From: Bacteriovorax sp.
GTDB taxonomy: Bacteria > Bdellovibrionota > Bacteriovoracia > Bacteriovoracales > Bacteriovoracaceae
Assembly: GCA_028710485.1 (NCBI GenBank)
Contig: JAQTTZ010000012.1
Span: 1,083-65,082, forward strand
Direction: 5' to 3'
DNA length: 64,000 nt
Part shown: piece by piece, positions 30,181 to 38,561 of the stretch
How positions within the stretch are numbered: the stretch's first letter is position 1
Layout of the letters: every line of letters begins with the position of its first letter
Notes under the pieces: model-generated
Databases searched by the model: none
Told to the model about the DNA's origin: nothing
Seen by the model: the letters and a program-made list of their open reading frames with translations, nothing else
Position numbers and translations under genes: made by a program

Positions 30181-30894
30181 ATGAAATTTATCCTTACCAT
30201 TTTATTTATTACTAGCATTATTGGCACTGCCCACTCTGCCGAAAAAATACCTTTTAGAGTCTGTAAAATTGATAAGGATTTTATTCCTTTCATCAATATG
30301 AAGGGGACGGGAATTTGGCAGAAAAAGATAAAAAAAGCGATTAAGGTTTTGCCACTTGAATTACAATTTCATGATGCTCCAAGAAGGCGCTGCTTTTTAG
30401 AGGCTGAGCAAAATAGCGCCACCGATGCGGTAGTGATTGGTTATAGAGTGAATTATTTAAGTTATCCTATGAAAAATGCCACGGAAACCGATCGAGATGC
30501 TGGCTTAGGTGTAGTCTCTTTAGTTGTTGTTGTTCATAAAGATTCTAAAATTAAATGGAATGGGGAAAGATTTGAAAATTTAGGAGACGAAATAGTCGGA
30601 TCGCAACTTGGCTATCTGGTTAATGAAAAGCTTGACTCTATGGGAGTCCATAATGAAGAAGTTCCTACTGCAGAAAAAAATATTGAGAAAATAAACAAGG
30701 GAAGAATTGAAGTTGCAATCATGGCCAGGGAGGATTTTCTTCTTCTTAAGAAAAAGAATCATCTAAAAAATGTGGTGGCGTTACCAATTCCATTCCAAGA
30801 AAATGATGTCTACCTCGGAGTTTCAACTCCTTATTATCAAAAAAACAAAAAATATGTAGATGCGATCTGGGCAAACCTAAAAAAGAATAAATAA
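30181..30894 (+). CDS. Periplasmic substrate-binding protein (family 3-like), orphan
   Basis: Signal peptide; PRRRC, GSQLGY, KINKGRIEVAI pattern. Confidence 0.7.
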   Translation: MKFILTILFITSIIGTAHSAEKIPFRVCKIDKDFIPFINMKGTGIWQKKIKKAIKVLPLELQFHDAPRRRCFLEAEQNSATDAVVIGYRVNYLSYPMKNATETDRDAGLGVVSLVVVVHKDSKIKWNGERFENLGDEIVGSQLGYLVNEKLDSMGVHNEEVPTAEKNIEKINKGRIEVAIMAREDFLLLKKKNHLKNVVALPIPFQENDVYLGVSTPYYQKNKKYVDAIWANLKKNK

Positions 30895-30897
30895 ATC

Positions 30898-31803
30898 ATG
30901 GAAAAATTAAAAAATCTAGCCTTCGAATTAATGGGGAATCAGCACTTCGATTCTTTGGCCGTAAGTGTGATTGATTTTAAATCAAAGTCTTTCAAGTCTT
31001 TTGAAATTTCAGCTGGCGTCTTTAGCACAAAGCCTTATTTGTATTTTGATTTAGCAAGTTTAACCAAAGTGCTAACCAATTCAGCGGTGAGATTGAAATA
31101 TCCTGAACTTTTTGATGAAATGATGATGCTGTTGCTTAATCATAAAGCGGGACTTCCCATGGGCGGTCTACTATCAAAAAAAACCTGGCGAGAAGAGCTA
31201 CTTGCTTATGAGATTAAAGAATCTCCAACTTTGTATTCAGATTATTCATCTCTTAGATGCATGCTCGAGATTGAAAAAAAATCGGGAAAAAAATTAGAGG
31301 AATTGTGTTCATATTATTTTGATAATGAAATGGTTCATTGGAAGAAACTTCCAACAGATTCTTTTTCGCCGGAGTACGGAATTAGAAATAAAAAAATTAT
31401 TTGTGGAGAAGTTCACGATAATAATTGTTTTAATATCGGTGAATTTATTTCTCATGCAGGATTATTTGCCACCATTGGCGGGTTGAGCCGCTCGCTTCTA
31501 AACTTAGAGAATATTGTTCAGCTTAACGAACAAATAGGAAAATTATTACCGCTGCAAAAAGCAGAAGACCGCTTTATTTTAGGATTTGACCGAGTAATGG
31601 ATCCTGAAAATACTCTGGCGGGAAAAGGGTGTTCGACAAAGACTTTTGGTCACCTGGGTTTTACGGGAACATCTTTTTGGATTGATCTGGAAAAAATGCG
31701 TGGTGCTGTTATTCTCACTAATGCTACTCAGACATATTGGTATGAGCGTTCAGGGCTCACTCATCTTCGTAAAACTCTCGGCGAAGCTATTTGGAAAATG
31801 TAA
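30898..31803 (+). CDS. Serine hydrolase, beta-lactamase class C-like
   Basis: FDLASLTK (SxxK), LLNHKAGL, YSD, HAGLF, GHLGFTGTSFWID. Confidence 0.85.
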   Translation: MEKLKNLAFELMGNQHFDSLAVSVIDFKSKSFKSFEISAGVFSTKPYLYFDLASLTKVLTNSAVRLKYPELFDEMMMLLLNHKAGLPMGGLLSKKTWREELLAYEIKESPTLYSDYSSLRCMLEIEKKSGKKLEELCSYYFDNEMVHWKKLPTDSFSPEYGIRNKKIICGEVHDNNCFNIGEFISHAGLFATIGGLSRSLLNLENIVQLNEQIGKLLPLQKAEDRFILGFDRVMDPENTLAGKGCSTKTFGHLGFTGTSFWIDLEKMRGAVILTNATQTYWYERSGLTHLRKTLGEAIWKM

Positions 31804-32587
31804 TAACGGCTTCACAAAATTCCTTCGGGTGAGTCTTATGAATATTATGCCAAGCCTTTGCGATTGGATATAATACGGCCCTTGGGACGTGAGTTTTGAT
31901 ATGTTCTATACATTTTGGAGTTAAGGCCGATCCTACTTCCGGGTCCGCAATTAAAAACATAACTGGAAAATTAGATTCAGTTAAAGCAAAAGTTAAATCA
32001 GTATAATTTCCTTGATAACCGTAAAGTACAGCGACATCTGGCCAGAATTTTAATTCAAATTTATCGTGGCCCAGTTTGACTACTTTTGTTTTTAGCAGGT
32101 CATCAGCATATGAAAATAGGGGAGAAATAATTTTGAAAATTTCTTTCTTGCTTTTAAAAATAAGCGAAGAGACCTTCGATTTTCGAGCGAGCATAAGTTT
32201 CTCAAAATCCTTCTCCGGTGATCGTGGCTCACGCTGGTGAATGCCAATATCTTCGATGATCATCTTATCGATCATCTCTGGAAAAAGGGCCCCAAACATA
32301 AGAGCTGTTCGTCCTCCCATGGAGTGACCAAGCATGATAACTTTTTTTATTTTTAAATAATCTAGTAAATCTTTGATGTCGCGGGCCATTCTTTCGGCGG
32401 TGTAGTCTTCACCTTCTGGAGGTGTCAGGCCATGGCCTCTTTGATCGATCAGCAATAAATCAAAATCATTTCTAAGAAAAGGAATAATCGGTAAAAAAGT
32501 TTCATGGGAACTTAAAAGACCATGAAGCATAACCAGGACAGGCTTGCTCGTTTGGTCGTCTTTTATATATACGTGATGAAGTATTAT
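31787..32587 (-). CDS. Alpha/beta hydrolase (YbfF-like esterase); start codon apparently ATA
   Basis: MLHGL, DQRGHG, GHSMGG nucleophile elbow, AWHNIH. The frame extends to an ATA at 32587 that overlaps the upstream TAA; first ATG is at 32530. Confidence 0.8.
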   Translation of the reverse strand: MILHHVYIKDDQTSKPVLVMLHGLLSSHETFLPIIPFLRNDFDLLLIDQRGHGLTPPEGEDYTAERMARDIKDLLDYLKIKKVIMLGHSMGGRTALMFGALFPEMIDKMIIEDIGIHQREPRSPEKDFEKLMLARKSKVSSLIFKSKKEIFKIISPLFSYADDLLKTKVVKLGHDKFELKFWPDVAVLYGYQGNYTDLTFALTESNFPVMFLIADPEVGSALTPKCIEHIKTHVPRAVLYPIAKAWHNIHKTHPKEFCEAVITFSK

Positions 32588-34287
32588 TTTATCATCCTGG
32601 TAAAAAACGAGGACATCATTCCTAGACAGCTAGTTTTATCAGGGGCTTCGATCGTAAGCATTTTGAAATTGATAAGCATTTTATCATTGGCATTATACTC
32701 TTCTTGCTCATCGCGATTGAATAAAGCAATACCAACTATTTTTTTATTAGAAATTTGGTAAAGACCATGATTAGTTAAATAAAATTCTGATTTACCTTTT
32801 TGGGGAGATAATTCAATCCATTCATTTCTGATTTTTTTATTTTCGATAAATGTTTTTAAATTATCAGTATCTTTTATTTCTTTTTTAGATATTTTTTCAT
32901 CAAGCCCTGTTTGAGCGATAACCATTTCTTCGATACGTTTATAATCCACCAGATTCGGAGCAGATTTAAGATTTAAACCTAAATGAGTATTAATCATTTT
33001 TGTATACTTGCTATCAATCGTATTTTTTAGCGTTTGAACTTGTTCAGTTGTGAGAGTTGGATCGCGTTTTGCTAATTCGTTCACCATCATATCGAAAATC
33101 TGACGTTTGTAAAAAAAGACATAACTATTAATATAGCTCGCTCTTTTACCTTGCAATTTATATTTTACAGCACTAGCTTTTTCCATATAGACATCAATCA
33201 GCTCTTTCTTTTTTGCCATGTTAAAGATATCTGGCAGAACTCCACCAACATCTCTTAGAATCCATTTTCCAGTAGGTTTTAAATCATTTGTTGTTTCAAA
33301 AACTAAGTTTTGCAAATTAGGTTCAAAATTAATCCCGTTTTTTAGTGATATCTCTTCAAACATATCGAGGTAGCTATCAATCATATATGTCTTAACAAAA
33401 TCATATGAAGACAAGCCACTTTGTTTAATGACATCCATGATGAAAGGTGCGGATGTACTATGGGGACTCATCAAAACTAAAATTGAAAACCATTTTTTCT
33501 CACTTCTAAACACTTCATCGGGGATTTCACGAATTAACTGGCCACCTGATTTTTCAGGTGCTCCAGAGTGGGATTTGTCGATAATAAGACCTGCCGTTTC
33601 AGGAAAAAGTTTTAAATTCATAGAATTTAATTTTTTATCACCGATTAGATCAAAAACTTTTTGATTGGCAATTGAGCGTTCAATTTCATTTTCACTAACG
33701 AGGCGATCGATATTGTCTACAAGATTTTTATCAAGACTAATTTTGGCGATAAATGGTTTTCTTTCGCCATTGTTTCTATTCCATACAATCAACGAACGAT
33801 AACTAGAAGTCGGAGATGCAAAAAATTCAGTTTGCTCATGACTGATATAGTTATAAGATCTTTTTAAAAAATCGTAATAAACTTCAGATTCAGGATGAAC
33901 AAAAAGTTTAAAATGTTTTTTTCCACTGATCTTCATTACCAGTTGATCAGCAACTCTTGGATCTAGTGAATCGGTAAAAAAAAAATGAGCATCTTCTTCA
34001 GGGATTAAATAATATGGGAGGGAAAATTTTGGATTATTTTCTGGGATATAAGAGGGATTACGATTAGAGTGGGATGCCTCTTGCCCCCAAATCTCTTTAT
34101 TATGTAAGTTTTGCTCTTCATGTAAAAATTCTTTTACGCCTCTAGCGAGATTTTCTTTTTCTTCAATTTTTAGAATGTGCTCTGAAGCTATAAAACGACT
34201 GACTTTTGGTGATAAAATAGCATTCCGCTCACACCCGTAAAATGTAAGGACTGCTAAAAACCACAATAAAAAAAATCGTAACTTCAT
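32584..34287 (-). CDS. Lipoprotein with IucA/IucC (NIS synthetase)-like domain
   Basis: FYGC lipobox-like, RFIAS; motifs FVHPE, PTSSYRS, IAKISL, GINFEPNLQN, LRDVGG; C-terminus SCLGMMSSFF. Confidence 0.7.
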   Translation of the reverse strand: MKLRFFLLWFLAVLTFYGCERNAILSPKVSRFIASEHILKIEEKENLARGVKEFLHEEQNLHNKEIWGQEASHSNRNPSYIPENNPKFSLPYYLIPEEDAHFFFTDSLDPRVADQLVMKISGKKHFKLFVHPESEVYYDFLKRSYNYISHEQTEFFASPTSSYRSLIVWNRNNGERKPFIAKISLDKNLVDNIDRLVSENEIERSIANQKVFDLIGDKKLNSMNLKLFPETAGLIIDKSHSGAPEKSGGQLIREIPDEVFRSEKKWFSILVLMSPHSTSAPFIMDVIKQSGLSSYDFVKTYMIDSYLDMFEEISLKNGINFEPNLQNLVFETTNDLKPTGKWILRDVGGVLPDIFNMAKKKELIDVYMEKASAVKYKLQGKRASYINSYVFFYKRQIFDMMVNELAKRDPTLTTEQVQTLKNTIDSKYTKMINTHLGLNLKSAPNLVDYKRIEEMVIAQTGLDEKISKKEIKDTDNLKTFIENKKIRNEWIELSPQKGKSEFYLTNHGLYQISNKKIVGIALFNRDEQEEYNANDKMLINFKMLTIEAPDKTSCLGMMSSFFTRMIK

Positions 34288-34297
34288 AAATATCCTT

Positions 34298-36751
34298 CTA
34301 GAACATGATCATTAAAGATCTCATCGCTTCTGTGCATGATCCAGTCACTCCGTCTAAAGGCGGAGGAACTTTTTTTCCAGCAACACTTGCTATACCTTGG
34401 TAAAAGGCCTCAAGTGGTTGCTCTGTTTTAGAAACAGGAAGTAAGTCCAGCGTGAGATTTCCATTGTAAGTAACTTTTTGGTAGAGACCTGCATTTTTTA
34501 AGCCAGCTAATGAATAAATTTTCACCAAAAAATCAGGGTCAGTTTTTTCAGGAATTTTCATCCAAATCATATCTTCACTTTCCACCGATGTTCCAATGGT
34601 GAACTCGGCAAAAGCTTTGATCTTGCTTAGATGATCACCCGTAGAAGAGAGCGCATTATTAATCGCGCTTAAGGATTCAACATTTTTTGCCTTAAAAGTA
34701 ATTTGTAGTTTTTGACTTTTAGGATTCCAAGTACCAGTCACTATGCTTTTCGAGAAAGCTATATCGAATTCCACTTTCCCCTTAAGTTGTTTATTCATCT
34801 CATGAACCAACTCACTAACTTTTACCAAACGCTCAAGAATAAAACTATCGGTGAAAGTTGGATTTTCTTCCGCAAACTTTAAAACGTCTTTCTCTGAAAT
34901 GGTTGGTGAATTTTTTAAATGTGAGTAAGCATAATAACGATATGAGACGGATTTTTTAGCCAAGACATCAAAGACAAATGAGCGGTTTTTTTCAATTGTA
35001 TTAAGCCCCATATTTAAAATTGGCTCCGGCAATCCTTTACTATCTCTCATTAAAAGATTGGCCAATAATTTATTTTGCATGTTTTTACGTTTTGAACTTG
35101 TCGCGTGAGCAAGTGTCTCGCTGTCGCTTCCAAGAATGTCTGAAATGAGAAGATACATTTCAACATTATCACCCGGGCTATTAAATATTTTTCTAAGGTA
35201 TGAAGTTTCAACTTCGACTAACTCGGAACGCGCACGCGCTATTTCCAGCCATTGTGCACTTTCTTCGAAAGGAGAACCCACGTGTTCAACACTTCCTCCG
35301 TATTTTGCTCCTTCAATCTTCATTGCATTTGATTTCACTGGAATGCTATGAATTCCGTCATTAACTGAATTAGGGATAACAAGGTCACCAACCTTATATC
35401 CTTTTTCGGCAAAAGCACCTGCTGTCCCCATATAGACAATATTGGAATGCCCTGAATTTTTGAAAGCCTGAGCGATCGGGACGATTTCATCCCCCCATAC
35501 GTTAGATACTACTCGCCACCGAACATTAGTTCCTTCGGCATTTTTAAAAATATAATCGCACATCTCAATGGTGAAATTGTCGTAGTTATAAACCTTAAAC
35601 TTGGCAGGTAATAGTTTGGGATTACTTTCAAATTCTTTTTCAAATTTCAGGTAAGCATCTTCAATTATTTTTTTATCTTTAAAGATAGCTTCGAAAGGAG
35701 CTTTTTCCAAAGCAAAATACTTGTCACGTGCAGAGACTCCGAGCCTTTTTGTGAAAAGGTCGTGATCTTCGTCGTAGAGATTTTTTAAAGCCCGCATTTT
35801 CCAAAAGAGATAAAATTTACCATCGATTGATTCTTTTTGTCCGATGATAACTCTGTCAGCTTTGGGTAATAGCTTTAATTGAAGAGTATGTTCTTCTATT
35901 TTTGCAGCTTGAAATTTTTTAAGATCACCTTTTACGATAACTTTATTTTTAAGATTTTCGCCTTTAAAGTTTGAAAGTGATAATTGGTGAACGAGATGAT
36001 CAAGACGATCTTGGCCTCCAATATTGGTGATAGCATAACGGAAGTTTTCCTCATCAGGATATTTTACAATAAAAATTTTATTGTAGTTTTTAGCAAGAGG
36101 TTTGACTTCGTAGAGGATTTCACCTTTTTGTTCTTTAAGTTGTTTTAAAAATTCGCGACTATCACCCAAATGAAATTCGATAGTTCGATTATTTTCGATG
36201 GCCTCCCAAAAGATAGCTCTTGTTGTTCTGTTTGAAATATAGTGGCCAGAATCAAGAGTCATATCTTCAGGATGGAGGATTTCGGCAGTGATTAAAGTTT
36301 CATTGACTAGTGATTCTTCACCCGAGTTCAAACTCAGGTCGATATTTAATTTACTAGGAGATAAGGTAAAGGCTTCATTGAGCTTGGTTCTAAAGAAATT
36401 ATAATTCCATTTTAGGTCTTCTTTTTTGACGTTTTTGGCTAGATCTTTTGAGTTTAAATAATCATAAATCATTCCATCATAATTATTAGCATCTGAGAGT
36501 GCTTTTGGATCTAGGTGCATTCCGATAAGATCTTCAACTGAAATAGCTCGAAGAGCGGTAATTACTTTATCTGGAGCTTTTCCATCAAAAGCATTAGAGT
36601 ACTCATTTATATAGTACTTAAATTTATCAATAGATAAGTAATAACTAATTTCATCAGTCTTTGAAGCGGGTAAACGAGAGCCAACTAATACGGTTGAACA
36701 GCTACTGAGAAGCGATAGCGAGAGTATTAAACTTAGAAACTTGTTAATCAT
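34298..36751 (-). CDS. Large lipoprotein with nucleoside phosphorylase (PNP/UDP family)-like domain
   Basis: LSSC lipobox, RLPAS; YMGTAGA, VGDLVIP, SPFEES, VEVE (cf. VEME), LLISD; C-terminus SCTEAMRSLM. Confidence 0.72.
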   Translation of the reverse strand: MINKFLSLILSLSLLSSCSTVLVGSRLPASKTDEISYYLSIDKFKYYINEYSNAFDGKAPDKVITALRAISVEDLIGMHLDPKALSDANNYDGMIYDYLNSKDLAKNVKKEDLKWNYNFFRTKLNEAFTLSPSKLNIDLSLNSGEESLVNETLITAEILHPEDMTLDSGHYISNRTTRAIFWEAIENNRTIEFHLGDSREFLKQLKEQKGEILYEVKPLAKNYNKIFIVKYPDEENFRYAITNIGGQDRLDHLVHQLSLSNFKGENLKNKVIVKGDLKKFQAAKIEEHTLQLKLLPKADRVIIGQKESIDGKFYLFWKMRALKNLYDEDHDLFTKRLGVSARDKYFALEKAPFEAIFKDKKIIEDAYLKFEKEFESNPKLLPAKFKVYNYDNFTIEMCDYIFKNAEGTNVRWRVVSNVWGDEIVPIAQAFKNSGHSNIVYMGTAGAFAEKGYKVGDLVIPNSVNDGIHSIPVKSNAMKIEGAKYGGSVEHVGSPFEESAQWLEIARARSELVEVETSYLRKIFNSPGDNVEMYLLISDILGSDSETLAHATSSKRKNMQNKLLANLLMRDSKGLPEPILNMGLNTIEKNRSFVFDVLAKKSVSYRYYAYSHLKNSPTISEKDVLKFAEENPTFTDSFILERLVKVSELVHEMNKQLKGKVEFDIAFSKSIVTGTWNPKSQKLQITFKAKNVESLSAINNALSSTGDHLSKIKAFAEFTIGTSVESEDMIWMKIPEKTDPDFLVKIYSLAGLKNAGLYQKVTYNGNLTLDLLPVSKTEQPLEAFYQGIASVAGKKVPPPLDGVTGSCTEAMRSLMIMF

Positions 36752-36761
36752 AAATTACTCG

Positions 36762-38405
36762 TTATTTCCAAAAGCTAGTAATGATATCTATACATGCAGC
36801 ACCCTTTTTTGGTGCAATTTCTATGGAAGGAGCAACTACTTTTTTAGTGAAAATTTTGTTAAAAAACTTAGAAACGAAGCTGGACTCTTGCGGAGGAAAC
36901 GCTGTCATTTTTCCTCCATAACGATTAAGAGCTGAGTCGAAGTATTCTTGAGAGTTTTTCAAAACTTTTTGAAAAATCTCCTCTCCTTTTTGTTCACCGT
37001 GAGCTTTTACTAATTTCTCTTTAAATAGGCTTTTCATTAGCTCTTCAGTATTTGCTTTGTCCGTGTGAACTTTATTGTCAAAATATCCTACGACATCTTC
37101 CGGAAAGGCCATTAAGGGAAGAAGGAATTCCACTTCGTTTTGGAATTGAGAGGCAAAGTTAAAGGAAAGTAGCCTTGGGTCGAGAGCATACGCGCTCATT
37201 TTATTGTCACCAAAGTATTGTGCTACACCAAATTTGGGAGTGAAAGATAGGAATGGGCTTCCTTGTGGCTTTATTGAATGATTTGCAAACATAGTTACAA
37301 TGCGAGCACTTTTCGTAAACTCACTTTCTATTTTTGCATTGGTTCCAATAAATTTTTCATTCATCGCGGTTAATGAACGAAGCCTACGATTCCAGGTTCC
37401 TTGGTTTTTCGTAATGATGGTAGACATGACAAAAATTTTTCCTTCTTTTTTGGCAGTTTCTTTTTCAAGTTCTTTTTCTCCTTGGTAAGCAGAGTAGATA
37501 AAGTCGTCATTTATACCGCGGTAAATAAAAACTCTCTGCTCCATAGGAAGTGGATGTACAATGGCATCAAGATAAGTTTCCCAGTATCTTTTTTCAAAAG
37601 GTGCCATCTGCTCCCAAGGAAGATATTTTTTTAATAAATCAGAAGCACCAGAGCGGTCATTTTTAGCTACAAGGTTTTTGAATTGGTGATCTTCAGACGC
37701 TTTATCTAGAGCTTCGATCACTGAACGTCTCTCTAGGTCTTGCTTTTTTTGGAGTTTCAATTTCTTTTGTGCCATTTCTAAATAATCATCTTTTTCTTTT
37801 GACCATTCAGTTCCGCGATTTTTTAGAGCATCTTTGACCTGTATTATTGAAAAATCTGGAATATTAGGTTCGGAGTGATTATCCATATTAGCAGAAGCTT
37901 CTCTTATCTTTGCCCAGTTTTGGGCAGTGATAGGATCTTGTTCAATTACATTGTAATACATTTCAAATGCCGCAAAATGGCTCACGAAATACTTCTCATC
38001 TTTTAAATTAATTAGGAAGTTAAATAGTTCAGCCGAGGCAACCGCATCACCGGCCGCTTCTTTAGAATGAAGGACTATAATTTTATAAGAATTGTCTTTG
38101 ACCTGGAATTCTGGAAAATAGGCGACCCCATTTGGAAGTGTTGCATCTTCGAGAAACTCTACCGCGATTTCATTTATTGTTCCGGATTTTCCTCTAAAAT
38201 GCTTTGTCGTCTTTATGTATTCTTGAATTGATTTGCGATAATCTTTTTCCGGATTGATGATGCTTGAAGAACGAAATTCAAAAAGCTGCAAGACTTTATC
38301 TTGAGTTTGAACAACCTCTTCTGCGGCCGGATATCTTTGAGGATTAAAGAATGAACAACTGGTAAGGAATAAACTTAATAAGGTTAAAAGTGAAAGTGTT
38401 TTCAT
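36762..38405 (-). CDS. Lipoprotein with R-S-E ADP-ribosyltransferase-like domain
   Basis: LTSC lipobox, RYPAA; IYRGI, PFLSFT...AQYF, QNEVEFLLP; C-terminus ACIDIITSFW. Confidence 0.72.
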   Translation of the reverse strand: MKTLSLLTLLSLFLTSCSFFNPQRYPAAEEVVQTQDKVLQLFEFRSSSIINPEKDYRKSIQEYIKTTKHFRGKSGTINEIAVEFLEDATLPNGVAYFPEFQVKDNSYKIIVLHSKEAAGDAVASAELFNFLINLKDEKYFVSHFAAFEMYYNVIEQDPITAQNWAKIREASANMDNHSEPNIPDFSIIQVKDALKNRGTEWSKEKDDYLEMAQKKLKLQKKQDLERRSVIEALDKASEDHQFKNLVAKNDRSGASDLLKKYLPWEQMAPFEKRYWETYLDAIVHPLPMEQRVFIYRGINDDFIYSAYQGEKELEKETAKKEGKIFVMSTIITKNQGTWNRRLRSLTAMNEKFIGTNAKIESEFTKSARIVTMFANHSIKPQGSPFLSFTPKFGVAQYFGDNKMSAYALDPRLLSFNFASQFQNEVEFLLPLMAFPEDVVGYFDNKVHTDKANTEELMKSLFKEKLVKAHGEQKGEEIFQKVLKNSQEYFDSALNRYGGKMTAFPPQESSFVSKFFNKIFTKKVVAPSIEIAPKKGAACIDIITSFWK

Positions 38406-38456
38406 TTAATAACCTCCCAGAATATTTTCGGTAATAATTTTTCGCTCGATAGACAT
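38406..38456 (-). CDS. Putative 16-aa leader peptide MSIERKIITENILGGY
   Basis: AAGGAG SD 8 nt before ATG; its TAA directly abuts the ATG at 38405. Confidence 0.4.
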   Translation of the reverse strand: MSIERKIITENILGGY

Positions 38457-38479
38457 TTTCAGTTCTCCTTATCAGTTCT

Positions 38480-38506
38480 TCATCGGAAATTTAGGCTAAC
38501 TTTTTA
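38480..38506 (-). promoter_or_regulatory. Sigma28 (FliA)-type promoter
   Basis: Minus strand TAAA-N15-TCCGATGA versus consensus TAAA-N15-GCCGATAA. Confidence 0.6.
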
Positions 38507-38561
38507 GCTTTAAATGTGTTAAAATGTGGAGAACTTCCCATCAAAACCGACAGGATTACTC

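Noticed and set aside
30898-31803. Bona fide beta-lactamase resistance gene
   Set aside because: No signal peptide, and YSD/HLG variants are typical of the broader esterase/peptidase members of the family.
32584-34287. Siderophore biosynthesis cluster
   Set aside because: Single NIS-like gene with an export signal and an altered His motif; no precursor, export or uptake genes nearby.
34298-38405. Anti-phage defence system (PNP and ART effectors)
   Set aside because: All members have lipoprotein signals and there is no sensor or NTPase, so an exported role fits better. Not formally excluded.
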